Position numbers and translations under genes: made by a program. The notes under the pieces were generated by a model that searched no databases, was not told the origin of the DNA, and worked only from the letters and a program-made list of their open reading frames with translations. Shown here in pieces: positions 19,276 to 29,114 of a stretch of DNA of 64,000 bases. The stretch is from the IMG/VR virus record IMGVR_UViG_3300014202_000807. One strand, given 5' to 3'. Numbering within the stretch: position 1 is the first letter of the stretch; every line of letters begins with the position of its first letter. The stretch is from a virus.

Positions 19276-19626
19276 TTAATACGCTGTAATTATTACAACG
19301 TAATCACCTTCCTTGTTTCTATCAAGCTCGGAAACCACTCTGATCAAATCTCCAGAAGATATGATTTCCATTGTTAATTTCCAGTTTCCTTTCATATTAA
19401 CGCTTGGGCCTTCAATAACCTTTCCATGTCTCAAGCAACGAATAACCTGAATATTGGTTATATCACGCTCTTGCATGCGCTCAGTTGCGTGGTTAGTGAA
19501 ATATACCCTTTCACTACTTTTCATTGCTATATCCTGTATCGTTTCTTTAACCCATTTGTCTGATGGGTTTATTTTCAATACTTTAGCCTTTGTTTTCATA
19601 TCTAAAAAACAATCGTTAACCGTCAT
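19276..19626 (-). CDS. DUF4258 (RelE-fold) toxin
   Basis: FTNHATERMQERDI...VIITAY; directly upstream of the antitoxin. Confidence 0.8.
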   Translation of the reverse strand: MTVNDCFLDMKTKAKVLKINPSDKWVKETIQDIAMKSSERVYFTNHATERMQERDITNIQVIRCLRHGKVIEGPSVNMKGNWKLTMEIISSGDLIRVVSELDRNKEGDYVVIITAY

Positions 19627-19703
19627 ATTCTAGCGGTTTTTATGTTCCTTTGCAACGAACATATTTCGACAAACTTTAGCATCAGCACACCTAAAAAAAC
19701 ACG

Positions 19704-19724
19704 AACCCGCTTCGGCGGGTTTTT
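19704..19724. terminator. Rho-independent terminator
   Basis: AACCCGC-TTCG-GCGGGTT-TTT, flanked by A and T tracts. Confidence 0.8.
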
Positions 19725-19742
19725 GTTTTATAAATATGAATT

Positions 19743-20471
19743 CTATTCTTCAATAATTTCAAAAACATTGTCAATAAAATCTATGATCTCTTGACCATCG
19801 ATAGAAACTGAAACGCCCATATTCTCGCGATAACCATCCTCCAACTTACGCTTGATGAGCGACACGACATCACCAGACATCATCGCGGATTTTATCCTGT
19901 CTATTGATGTGCAGTTTAGTTCGTGAAATAGTTTTTTTGTTTCACCTGATGCTATTGCCATCTTGGTCAACAGGTACAAGCTGTATGCATCACTCTCCGA
20001 TACGCCATCCTCATCCAGTATGAATATATCGAACATTTCAGTAATGTCCGGCTCAACCCCTTTTGTCGGAGAGACGTGATAGAGAGACCAGTTATGCCCG
20101 TTTGTAACTATCGCCCATTCAGCGCCAAGAGCAACAGCATAAGATGCAGCCTGGTTAATTGCCGAGGCATTGATATTAACCGTGGCCGCTTTGCATTCTA
20201 TGACCATGAATATTTTTCCATCGTCTTTTAACGCTATATCCACCCTCTTCCCGAGAACCCGCGCTTCAGTTTCAATATCTTCTTCCTTGTAACCCATAGA
20301 AGGGGACTTGAGCAAGTCAACACACCATCGTCTGGCTTCTTCCTCGTTTCTTCCGCCCTTCGAAAGTTGCAGCGCTATGCGCCCCACCTGTTGCTGAAAT
20401 TCCTTGCCAATTTTTTTGATTTTCGATTTTTTACTGAATTTTGAAAAGACCATTAGGTTTCCTTTGGGCAT
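19743..20471 (-). CDS. HsdR N-terminal-like PD-(D/E)xK nuclease domain protein
   Basis: NEEEAR, RVDIAL, VIECKA, QAASYA, AIVTNG. Confidence 0.8.
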   Translation of the reverse strand: MPKGNLMVFSKFSKKSKIKKIGKEFQQQVGRIALQLSKGGRNEEEARRWCVDLLKSPSMGYKEEDIETEARVLGKRVDIALKDDGKIFMVIECKAATVNINASAINQAASYAVALGAEWAIVTNGHNWSLYHVSPTKGVEPDITEMFDIFILDEDGVSESDAYSLYLLTKMAIASGETKKLFHELNCTSIDRIKSAMMSGDVVSLIKRKLEDGYRENMGVSVSIDGQEIIDFIDNVFEIIEE

Positions 20472-20543
20472 TTATTAGTTTGATCTCGATTTCATGACGG
20501 TAATCAACAAATTATCACTTATACGTAAAATTTCTCCAAAATA

Positions 20544-20590
20544 ACAACTTTTAGTTGTTGACAAGAAACAACCGTTAGTTGTAATATTCT
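20544..20590 (+). promoter_or_regulatory. OL operators and PL promoter
   Basis: ACAACTTTTAGTTGT (20544-20558) and ACAACCGTTAGTTGT (20568-20582) flank TTGACA (20558-20563); -10 TAATAT. Confidence 0.8.
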
Positions 20591-20908
20591 CACATCAACG
20601 CAGCCAAACAGAAAATATTTCGGTCGGCAGGCGTTGCAAAGAATCACTCTCTCCCTGTGTGATGTTGTTACGGGTGGGCGCAATGTCCACCCGGTTTTTT
20701 CGGGGAAGAGGCGGAATTGATGGGTGAGGAATGACCGCAGCCCTCAACGGCAGGCCCGGCACAAATGCAAGTGCCTCAGGAATGTCGGCGTAACGGTGCG
20801 AAGTCATTGACAAGCCGGGAAAGACCGGAAAATTGCCATTACCGAACAGAACTCAAACTGAGTGGCTGGAAGATCGGTGACGGCCGGGAAAGACCGGCAC
20901 AGATTAAC

Positions 20909-21040
20909 GGGGGCTGCGGCGTTGGTGGGAACACGCTGCATGGACTGGCTCTGTACGTTGCACGTAACCAGTTTCCAGCACTTGCAAGCTTGAAGAAGAC
21001 GAAACACGTAATCAGGTTCAAATCCTGACAGCCTCCACTA
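20909..21040 (+). ncRNA. tRNA-like element (non-canonical)
   Basis: GGGGGCTG pairs with CAGCCTCC; T-arm TCAGG-TTCAAAT-CCTGA; enlarged interior. Confidence 0.5.
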
Positions 21041-21383
21041 ACTAACGAGGAGATAACATGATTAAGATAATAGACATCATATTAGCAGTAATTTTGATGG
21101 TTTTAGTACTGATATATGCTTTTGTCGATCTTAAATCTTATGACGAAGATATGTTGTTGATTTCAATCTTAATGACCACTCTTATTCTTGGTTATCCAAA
21201 AGACAAATTTTGACTTGTAAAAACAAGGAGCAACAATGACTGACTACAAATTAGCACTTGCGGCATTTTTAGCAGCATTCATTGCTGTTAGTTTTGATGA
21301 TGCGGAAGGATTTGAGCGCAGATGGTGCGAAACATACTCGGAATGGTGCACCACGGTTGCGGAAGATGAACTAAAGGAGTGGA

Positions 21384-21821
21384 GTGGCGATGAATATTAA
21401 ATGTTTTTTAGGTAGGCACGACTTGCCTAATTTCTCAATAGATAAAATTTTGTACACGGCTGACGGCGATGTTTTCGCAACGATCAGCAAGAGAACATGC
21501 CGGTCTTGTCCCAAGACTGAGCATTTAGTGCTGACACGTGACGATTTAAGCGCAAGCGAGAAGGAATCAGCAGAATACTGGCGCGTAACCTCCGATCCTC
21601 AGATGATCCGATCCGCAATGGAACGGTTCATTAGTAATGATGGGTCGATTGCGATTAAGTCAATACTTGACTGTCTTTCTGACGCAATTGTCAGCACGGA
21701 AATAAGAAAGCGTCAGCAGGGAGAGATGTTTCCTGATTTCGGGGAAACAATTGAGCAGATCGGAATGGTAAAGGTTCCGATGGAGGATCAGTTGCCGGAA
21801 ATTTTTAAGGATCGGGCGTGA
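21384..21821 (+). CDS. Hypothetical protein
   Basis: AAGGAG upstream; CFLGRH...CRSC. Confidence 0.6.
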   Translation: MAMNIKCFLGRHDLPNFSIDKILYTADGDVFATISKRTCRSCPKTEHLVLTRDDLSASEKESAEYWRVTSDPQMIRSAMERFISNDGSIAIKSILDCLSDAIVSTEIRKRQQGEMFPDFGETIEQIGMVKVPMEDQLPEIFKDRA

Positions 21822-22768
21822 ATATGGACAGAAAAAACTGGATCGGAGGTTCCGACGCAGCATCAATCCTTGGTGTTTCGCCATGGAAAACCTCTTTCCA
21901 GTTGTATCAAGAGAAGATCGGTGATCATGTCGAAGAGGTTACGCAAGCAAAGCAAAAGATATTCAATCGAGGCAAAAGACTTGAGCCGGTTGTTATTGAA
22001 ATGCTGATCGACGAACTCAGGGAAAACGGTCATGAAGTTGAAGTAATAGCCCGGAACGAAAGATATAAAGATTCTGTTCACGACTTCATGGCAGCAGAGA
22101 TTGACATTGAGTTGGTCATCGACGGCGAAGAAATGAACGGTGAAATCAAGACCGTTCACCCGTTCGCGGCAAAGGATTGGGGGGAAGAAGGGACCGACGA
22201 AATACCCATCTATTACACCGCCCAAATAGCCCACGGCCAGATGATCACCGGGCGCAACAGAACCATTGTTGCAGCACTGATCGGCGCTGATGATCTTCGC
22301 ATCCATTTTGTTGAACGCGATGGCGAACTGATTGAAATCATACGTGATAAAGAAATCGCATTCTGGGAAATGGTTCAAAACAGAATCCCGCCGGAACCGA
22401 CTACGCACGATGACATAAAGCTTCTTTATAAGCGCGCTTACGGATCTGCGGTTGATGTCACCGAAGACGTATCGGATTACTTCGAATCACTGGTAATTGC
22501 AAAAGCACAACACAAAGAACTCGAATCAAAGATCGATCTAATCACAACAAAAATCAAGTCATTTATGGGTGATGCTGCTGTTTTAACGGCAAACGGCAGG
22601 CCAATACTGACTTGGAAGAACAATAAAGATGGCAGAAAAACAGACTGGAAGGCAGCGTTTTATGATCTTGTTGGAAAATCAACAGGAATCAGTAAGGCGG
22701 ATTTGGAAAAGATTATCAATAACAAAACTGAGACAGTGCCTGGTGCGCGTGTTTTCAGAATTAAATAA
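21818..22768 (+). CDS. YqaJ-like viral recombinase exonuclease
   Basis: IGGSDAASILGVSPW, GKRLEP, EIKT, YYTAQ. Confidence 0.9.
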   Translation: MNMDRKNWIGGSDAASILGVSPWKTSFQLYQEKIGDHVEEVTQAKQKIFNRGKRLEPVVIEMLIDELRENGHEVEVIARNERYKDSVHDFMAAEIDIELVIDGEEMNGEIKTVHPFAAKDWGEEGTDEIPIYYTAQIAHGQMITGRNRTIVAALIGADDLRIHFVERDGELIEIIRDKEIAFWEMVQNRIPPEPTTHDDIKLLYKRAYGSAVDVTEDVSDYFESLVIAKAQHKELESKIDLITTKIKSFMGDAAVLTANGRPILTWKNNKDGRKTDWKAAFYDLVGKSTGISKADLEKIINNKTETVPGARVFRIK

Positions 22769-22779
22769 AGGAGGTCAAG

Positions 22780-23724
22780 ATGTCCACAGAAACGTTGAAA
22801 GCAGTAGCAACCGGAAGACCAGTTGATAAACCAAAGAATATCGCTGATTTATCTCATTTCCTTGCTGGAAGAATGGGTCAGATTAAATCAGTGATTGCAA
22901 ACAAATTGACGCCGGAAAAGATGTCCAGAATTGCTCTTAATGAGTTACGCAGCAATGATTATCTGGCAAGAATAGCAATTCAAAACCCTGGCAGCTTTGT
23001 GAATGCAGTGGTTCAGGCGGCTCATCTTGGTCTTGAGATAGGCGGTGCACTTGGGCAGGCGTATCTCGTGCCCTTCAAAGGCGAAATCAAGATGATGCCT
23101 GGCTATCGTGGCCTTATATCACTTGCGAGAAGGTCCGGTGAAATCAGCAGCATCAATGCTGAAATAGTTTATGAGAATGATATTTTTGATCTTGAGCTTG
23201 GCATAGACACGAAGGTTAAGCACAAGCCCTGTTTAACCGGTGATCGTGGCGAACCAAAGCTGGTTTATATGGTTGCCCATTTCAAGGATGGAGGAAACCA
23301 TTTCGAGTGGATGACTGTTGCCGAGGTAATGAAGATAAAGGCCAGAAGTTCGGCTGTTAAATCTGGCAAAGAAACACCGTGGGATACCGACCGCGATGAA
23401 ATGATCAAGAAAACGATCATTCGGCGAGGATGGAAATACCTGCCCATGTCGATTGAAATGCAAAGCGCTGAAAAGATTGACTCTGCAAACGAAACCGGCA
23501 AATCAGTAGTTATCGATGGTGATAGCGTAATTATTGATGAGTCTACCGCTGAGATAGTTTCTGAAAAAACCGAACCTGAGCAACCGAAAACAGAAGAACC
23601 AAAACCGCGAGCTGAGAAAGAATCTGATTCCAAGCCAGATGCAAAACCAACTGAGCCAGAAGAATCAGGGGCTAATAATCCTGCCCCAGAAAGACGCCGT
23701 GGCAACGATTACGCAATGGAGTGA
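22780..23724 (+). CDS. recT: RecT single-strand annealing protein
   Basis: GLE...LGQAYLVPF, GYRGLISLARRSG, VYENDIF, PW...MIKKTIIRR..KYLPMS. Confidence 0.92.
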   Translation: MSTETLKAVATGRPVDKPKNIADLSHFLAGRMGQIKSVIANKLTPEKMSRIALNELRSNDYLARIAIQNPGSFVNAVVQAAHLGLEIGGALGQAYLVPFKGEIKMMPGYRGLISLARRSGEISSINAEIVYENDIFDLELGIDTKVKHKPCLTGDRGEPKLVYMVAHFKDGGNHFEWMTVAEVMKIKARSSAVKSGKETPWDTDRDEMIKKTIIRRGWKYLPMSIEMQSAEKIDSANETGKSVVIDGDSVIIDESTAEIVSEKTEPEQPKTEEPKPRAEKESDSKPDAKPTEPEESGANNPAPERRRGNDYAME

Positions 23725-24215
23725 TCATGAAAATAAACCAAATAGAAATATCAAATTACTTGCACGCTGTTGGTGACGTAAGGATGGATCTGCAAACACC
23801 AATAACTCTGATTGCGGGCAGAAATGGTTCCGGAAAATCATCAATTCGGGACGCGATACAACACGCCCTGACCGGCGAAGCATCACGGGTTAGATTGAAA
23901 AAAGAGTATGGCATGCTGGTTAATGACCGGCTATCAAGTTCAGAATCAGGTTTTGTTGAAATCAAGTCAGGCGAAGAAACGTACAGCGTAGTCATTCCAT
24001 CCGGGAAAGGCAATCACAGCGACAGCCCTACCATGCAATATGTCTTGGATGCGCAGCGATTCGCAAAACTCGACGAAAAAGGACGACGTGAATACTTATT
24101 TGGGTTGTCCGGAGCGAAGATTAATCCTGAAAATATCATTATCAAAATGATTGAACTGGGATGCGATAAGGAAAAAGTTGAAAGCATTATCAACATCTTA
24201 AAAATTGAAGAATGA
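23721..24215 (+). CDS. SbcC/Rad50-like ATPase, N-terminal half
   Basis: INQIEISNY...Walker A GRNGSGKSSIRDAI; stops early. Confidence 0.85.
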   Translation: MIMKINQIEISNYLHAVGDVRMDLQTPITLIAGRNGSGKSSIRDAIQHALTGEASRVRLKKEYGMLVNDRLSSSESGFVEIKSGEETYSVVIPSGKGNHSDSPTMQYVLDAQRFAKLDEKGRREYLFGLSGAKINPENIIIKMIELGCDKEKVESIINILKIEE

Positions 24216-24937
24216 GAGAGATATGCTCAGTAAAAAACTGTGACGGGATTGTTAAAGCCAAAGGTCTGTGCAACAAGCATCACCACAGAATGTCCAGATA
24301 CGGAGACACAGAACTTCGCAGGCACACCATGCCCACTGGTGGTAAATGCACTGTTATTGGATGCGCCGGAGTCGCAAGAGGATCTGGAATGTGTAACAAG
24401 CATTACCGAAGATTTAAAAAATATGGCGATCCCAAAAAAGGACATCAGAAGATGTCGATTAAAGATCGATTAATAAAAAAAATAAAAATAAATATAAATA
24501 CAGGATGTTGGGATTTTACCGGAAGCAAGGATTTAAAAGGATACGGAAAACTATGGGACGGGAATACCATGCGCAGCGCTCACAGGATTTCATTTATAGA
24601 ATACAAAGGATCCATCCCAGATGGATTGTTTGTTCTACATAAGTGCGATAACCCTGGCTGCATTAATCCGGATCATTTGTTTCTTGGCACACATAACGAA
24701 AACATGGAAGACATGAGAAAAAAGGGAAGGTCGTGTACAGAGAAAAGGCTATGTGGGTCAAGGAACTTTAACTCCAAATTGAGTGAAAACGATATACCGA
24801 AAATCAAGAAAAGATTACTAAATGGCGAATCATGTAAAAAAATTGCGGAATCATATTCTGTAGATAGGACAACCATATCTTTTATTAAAAACGGAACAAC
24901 TTGGAAACATTTAAAAGGAGAAAACAATGGGATTTAG
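24212..24937 (+). CDS. Free-standing HNH homing endonuclease
   Basis: Two CxxxxC...GxCNKH repeats; CW..G....GYG, AHR, VLHKCDNPGCINPDHLFLGTHNEN; C-terminal HTH. Confidence 0.9.
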   Translation: MREICSVKNCDGIVKAKGLCNKHHHRMSRYGDTELRRHTMPTGGKCTVIGCAGVARGSGMCNKHYRRFKKYGDPKKGHQKMSIKDRLIKKIKININTGCWDFTGSKDLKGYGKLWDGNTMRSAHRISFIEYKGSIPDGLFVLHKCDNPGCINPDHLFLGTHNENMEDMRKKGRSCTEKRLCGSRNFNSKLSENDIPKIKKRLLNGESCKKIAESYSVDRTTISFIKNGTTWKHLKGENNGI

Positions 24938-26291
24938 GATGGCTCATGAATATGCGATGGATAAAGCCAAGGAATTAAAAACACTGTGGAGACATCTAAC
25001 CGGAGGAGAAACTTGGGGCAAAGACAAGGCCGAAAAATGGGAACCCAAATTGCCCGAAATGGCTGCTGAGAAAGCCGGTGAATTACTTTCAAGCGCAACC
25101 GGCAAAGCTTCGGAAATCGAAGCGGAGATAAAGTCCTTGACGGAAACGCTGGGCGCAGCAAGACAATCTGAAAAGAACAGATTGGATAATGCATCCGAAA
25201 CAGAAAGGCTTGAAAAGCTTGCCAGCAGCATTGACCGGGTAACAAAAAAAATAGAACTGGACACGGCAGAAGCCAAAGAGATTGAATCAAAACTCCAAAC
25301 ACTGAAAGATGCTCAAGCGAAGAAGGCTCCTGATCCGCTTTTAACAGAAATATTCGCTGTTGCTGATGCGTTGGTCGACCACGCAATTAGCTGCGGCGTT
25401 GCATTCCCTGGTGAATTACATGACCGGCATATCGCTTGCGCGGAAGAATACGCATCGCAATATCAATCAGAAAGTGAAATTGATCAAAAGGAGATTGCTT
25501 CCGACATTCTCAAACTGGAATCCAGTCTTAAGCTGATGTGCAATGCGGTAGCAAACGGAAGGCGGGATCTGGTGCTTGCAGAAGATGCCGCCAAAAAACT
25601 AGCTGAAATGTCCGCCAAAACCAGCAATCAGGATTCTTCCGGCGTCAATATTGATCAGCTATCTGCATTGATAGCAGAAAGAACAAAAACACTGAATGAC
25701 TGGAATGCGGATAAGGCTAAATATCAAACAATCATTGATGCTCACGCAAAACGTGATTCAACGATCAAACAAGCCAATCAGTTTCATTACGACATCATGG
25801 AGTGGCTTGCGATTGCTGATCAATTATCACCTACCGGCATACCATCAGAATTACTTAAAACCGCACTCGACCCGATCAATGAGCGCCTGCTTTCTACGGC
25901 GGCAGAGTCGTGGATGATGCGCGTGTTAATCAATGACGATATGAGCATCACCGTGGCGCGTGACCAGACCACAAAACAAACCTCATACGCCCTGCTCTCA
26001 GAATCAGAGCAGTGGCGTGTTGATGCGATGATTGCTGAGGCCATATCTCACGTTTCTGGAATCAAGATAATGGTTCTGGATCGCTTTGATGTCTTGGACA
26101 TGCAGAACCGCTCAGACCTGATCTGCTGGCTTGATGGACTGGCGCAGGATGGCGCGATTGATACCTGCATCATCTTCGGAACATTGAAAGAGTCACCAAA
26201 AAAACTACCAGAATCATTTCAGTCGTACTGGATTGAGAATGGGCGTGTTGTTGATGATACTGAGGAAGTTAAAAGCAAGGAGGCGGCGTGA
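24927..26291 (+). CDS. SbcC/Rad50-like ATPase, C-terminal half
   Basis: Coiled coil, signature LSESE, Walker B MVLDRFDVLD; own RBS AAGGAG at 24915-24920. Confidence 0.85.
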   Translation: MGFRMAHEYAMDKAKELKTLWRHLTGGETWGKDKAEKWEPKLPEMAAEKAGELLSSATGKASEIEAEIKSLTETLGAARQSEKNRLDNASETERLEKLASSIDRVTKKIELDTAEAKEIESKLQTLKDAQAKKAPDPLLTEIFAVADALVDHAISCGVAFPGELHDRHIACAEEYASQYQSESEIDQKEIASDILKLESSLKLMCNAVANGRRDLVLAEDAAKKLAEMSAKTSNQDSSGVNIDQLSALIAERTKTLNDWNADKAKYQTIIDAHAKRDSTIKQANQFHYDIMEWLAIADQLSPTGIPSELLKTALDPINERLLSTAAESWMMRVLINDDMSITVARDQTTKQTSYALLSESEQWRVDAMIAEAISHVSGIKIMVLDRFDVLDMQNRSDLICWLDGLAQDGAIDTCIIFGTLKESPKKLPESFQSYWIENGRVVDDTEEVKSKEAA

Positions 26292-26626
26292 ATATTTTAG
26301 AGATTATTGGATTGCTGACACTGGTATTGTCTGGAGTTGTTTTGATTCTTTATGCTACCGGAATTTTAAAAATAGGTAAGGTAGAAATTGACCGCATGGA
26401 GAGTGATGCTGACTGGCTATCTGCCCAAGATATGACCGAATTTTGGCAGTGTCATGATGATTCGGTGGCGCAAATAAGGGGAGCAATCGAGGATGCGATT
26501 AAAGCCATAACTCTGTATGAATGGTTTATCGACGAGGATCATCCGAGAAATTCTGCCCCAGATGATATACGCGAAAATCTTAGGAAGGTGCTTGCTGAAA
26601 ACGAAGTCATAAATAGTAAAAAATGA
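26288..26626 (+). CDS. Membrane-anchored hypothetical protein
   Basis: N-terminal TM segment; GTGA overlap. Confidence 0.55.
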   Translation: MNILEIIGLLTLVLSGVVLILYATGILKIGKVEIDRMESDADWLSAQDMTEFWQCHDDSVAQIRGAIEDAIKAITLYEWFIDEDHPRNSAPDDIRENLRKVLAENEVINSKK

Positions 26627-26829
26627 AATCAGTTATCGAAATGATTAGAGCGGAATTGGTCGGAATGGGCGCTGACGGGCTGGCAAACGAGGATAGTGAG
26701 TGTGGATGCAGTCTTGATGACCTAATCCCATGCGGAAACGTCCACGAAACCGAATGTTTTGCGGCGAAAAACAATAAACGCAAGGCGAAAAAGGAATCGC
26801 TGGATTTTTGGATGGAGAGAATCGAATGA
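26623..26829 (+). CDS. Small Cys-rich hypothetical protein
   Basis: GADGL...ECGCSLDDLIPC. Confidence 0.6.
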   Translation: MKSVIEMIRAELVGMGADGLANEDSECGCSLDDLIPCGNVHETECFAAKNNKRKAKKESLDFWMERIE

Positions 26830-27347
26830 AAGCGTCTGAAATTCTATCCCCAGAATACCAAAGCAAACAACTCGTAATCTTCCCTGAAGAACGCAGATAC
26901 ATACACCGCAGATGTCCAGCCGAAGCCAGGTTAGAAAGAATAATTGAGATCAGGAAGAAAAGGCTTGAGAGGGAAAGAAAATCTCATGGACAGGCGAATA
27001 GGTATGAAGGATGGTCAAAAGCCGTTGCCAAAAAATTGACGGACATTGCCAAGCCGTTGCTGATTGAGGGAATGAATTCAACAGAGATTTATAACCTTGT
27101 TCCGGCTGAGATTATCACTGACAAAAAAGGAAACAAGCTCGGCCTGTCCAGATTCAGGCATTGGCTATCAATACTCAGAAAGGATCTTGTTGATTCCGGT
27201 GTTGCGCAGCCGGTTGCAAATAAATCAAATCAAGTCCTTGAGATGCTTAAAAAAGGAATTACTCCGCAGGAGATAAAGAGCAAAACCGGATGGCGGACTG
27301 ACATTATCAGGAAAGTTTTTATCAAGTTCAAGGAAAAACAAAAATGA
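26826..27347 (+). CDS. Basic hypothetical protein (possible HTH)
   Basis: ATGA-coupled start at 26826; C-terminal GITPQEIKSKTG. Confidence 0.55.
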   Translation: MKASEILSPEYQSKQLVIFPEERRYIHRRCPAEARLERIIEIRKKRLERERKSHGQANRYEGWSKAVAKKLTDIAKPLLIEGMNSTEIYNLVPAEIITDKKGNKLGLSRFRHWLSILRKDLVDSGVAQPVANKSNQVLEMLKKGITPQEIKSKTGWRTDIIRKVFIKFKEKQK

Positions 27348-27988
27348 CCGGACAACAAGCAAATACTTGGGCTTTGTCGCTTGGGCTGCCAGACATAGCC
27401 CCTGACAGTCAAAAAGAAATTATTAGATCAATTGCTACCGGCAAAGATCAAGAGAAAACCCTGCTTAAAAAAACATCGCCTTTTGTGAGAAAGGTTATGA
27501 AGAAAAGAAACGTCTGGAAAATTCCCAAAAAAGATTACGAGAGATTTAACTCCGTTTGTCTCAAATTACTCAAGAAAGGGTACGGTAACAAACGAATCAT
27601 AAAGATAGCAAGAAGATTGAATCTACTGCCCTATTCACACGGAACTTACCAGTCGGCGATAACTAAAGTCAGGGCTGCTAATGGTTTTAGAGACAAAAGG
27701 GTGATGGATGAAAGCACTCAACGAAGGGTTATTTTGCTGACAAATAAGGGGGTCAGTATAGAAGGAGTTGCGGAAATATTATCTCTTGATCCATCAGATG
27801 TGCGCTGCCGAATAATGCAGGAGAAGTACAGAGCAGGAAAGAAACCGAGGCGACAAAGGATAGATCAGTACATAAAGTGCTGCAATCGCGGTTTATCGAC
27901 AAAACAAATCGCCCGGGAACTTGGCGTTACTGTTTGCAACGCCAGGAGACAGATTAGAAAGTACAGGGCGGAGGGATATATCAAATGA
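27344..27988 (+). CDS. Basic protein with HTH repeats
   Basis: GVSIEGVAEILSL and GLSTKQIARELGV. Confidence 0.6.
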   Translation: MTGQQANTWALSLGLPDIAPDSQKEIIRSIATGKDQEKTLLKKTSPFVRKVMKKRNVWKIPKKDYERFNSVCLKLLKKGYGNKRIIKIARRLNLLPYSHGTYQSAITKVRAANGFRDKRVMDESTQRRVILLTNKGVSIEGVAEILSLDPSDVRCRIMQEKYRAGKKPRRQRIDQYIKCCNRGLSTKQIARELGVTVCNARRQIRKYRAEGYIK

Positions 27989-28200
27989 TTAAAAGAGAAC
28001 TAACACAATTAACACTCGAGCATTGTCGCGAAGTTCTGACGCGGGACTTATTAATAGGGGCTGCATATGCACTGGACGGAGAAAGCAAAGCGTTCGTGTT
28101 TAACCCGTTTTCGAACGAATATAGGGTGATGCGTGGCCTCGAAGTTATTGAGTCTGGTCAGGCGGTTGAGGAGTTGCTTGCGGTTTACAATGAGCTGTGA
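27985..28200 (+). CDS. Hypothetical protein
   Basis: ATGA overlap. Confidence 0.5.
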   Translation: MIKRELTQLTLEHCREVLTRDLLIGAAYALDGESKAFVFNPFSNEYRVMRGLEVIESGQAVEELLAVYNEL

Positions 28201-28247
28201 ACATGTACACAAAAGTTGAAAAATAAACAATCAATAAAGGATGCGCG

Positions 28248-29114
28248 ATGAAAAACCTAACAATATTCAAAACTGAAAAAGGCTGGAAACCAACAGCTGA
28301 AGTTGATCGATTGATTAGCAATCTGTCAGTGCCAGATCAACCTGGCACAGGCTGGCAAGTATTGCATGACGGCACTCCGTTGATCGACATAAACGGACAG
28401 ATCATGTTGATCATGGAAGTGCAGGGAAAGAAAGTGCCCCGGGCTGTGCTGAAGCGCGAGACGCAGCTTCGGCTTGAGAAGCTTGCGCAAAGCACAGGAA
28501 ATACCGGCGTTCTGAAGTCTGGAAAGATACGAAAAGAGATAATGAATACAGTCTATAACGAACTCTATGCGCGGGCATTCTTGACAAGCAAATTGACAAA
28601 GGTCTGGGTTGATTCAGTGAATGGGTATTTATGTATTGACTCCGCATCTGAGGCTAAGATAGGCCAAGCAATGACACTCTTATCTTTATTCAGAAATACA
28701 AGAATAGTTCCTTTGGCGACGGTATATCACCCGCGCCAGACAATGCGAAAACTATTGCTTGGAGAGGTTGACTCTGAACATTTCCATATCGGAAAATCAT
28801 GTGAAATTTACGACCAGACATTACCCGGCAAATCAATCATCTACAAAAATGAGCAGTTATCGTCACAAGAATTAATGACTCAATTGCAAAACGGCAGGGC
28901 AGTTAAAAAACTATCTATTGAGTTTGACGACAAAATACGCTTTGTGCTGCACGAAAACCTATGTATCAGCGGCATAAAAATCATCGAAGAAATTGAAGAC
29001 GCTGAAGAATACGAGTCGGCAGAAGCAAAGTTTGATGCGGATTTTATTATTATGACAGGCATGTATTCAGAACTGATTGGCGCAGTTGTTGAGGCTCTGG
29101 GTGGTGAGCAATGA
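28248..29114 (+). CDS. rdgC: Recombination-associated protein RdgC
   Basis: MKNLTIF, KKVP..VLK, ELYARAF, IDSAS, VKKLSI, FDADFIIM...LGGE. Confidence 0.85.
   Translation: MKNLTIFKTEKGWKPTAEVDRLISNLSVPDQPGTGWQVLHDGTPLIDINGQIMLIMEVQGKKVPRAVLKRETQLRLEKLAQSTGNTGVLKSGKIRKEIMNTVYNELYARAFLTSKLTKVWVDSVNGYLCIDSASEAKIGQAMTLLSLFRNTRIVPLATVYHPRQTMRKLLLGEVDSEHFHIGKSCEIYDQTLPGKSIIYKNEQLSSQELMTQLQNGRAVKKLSIEFDDKIRFVLHENLCISGIKIIEEIEDAEEYESAEAKFDADFIIMTGMYSELIGAVVEALGGEQ

Noticed and set aside
24212..24937. Group I intron carrying the HNH gene
   Set aside because: The HNH ORF overlaps both flanking ORFs, leaving no non-coding space for a ribozyme core.
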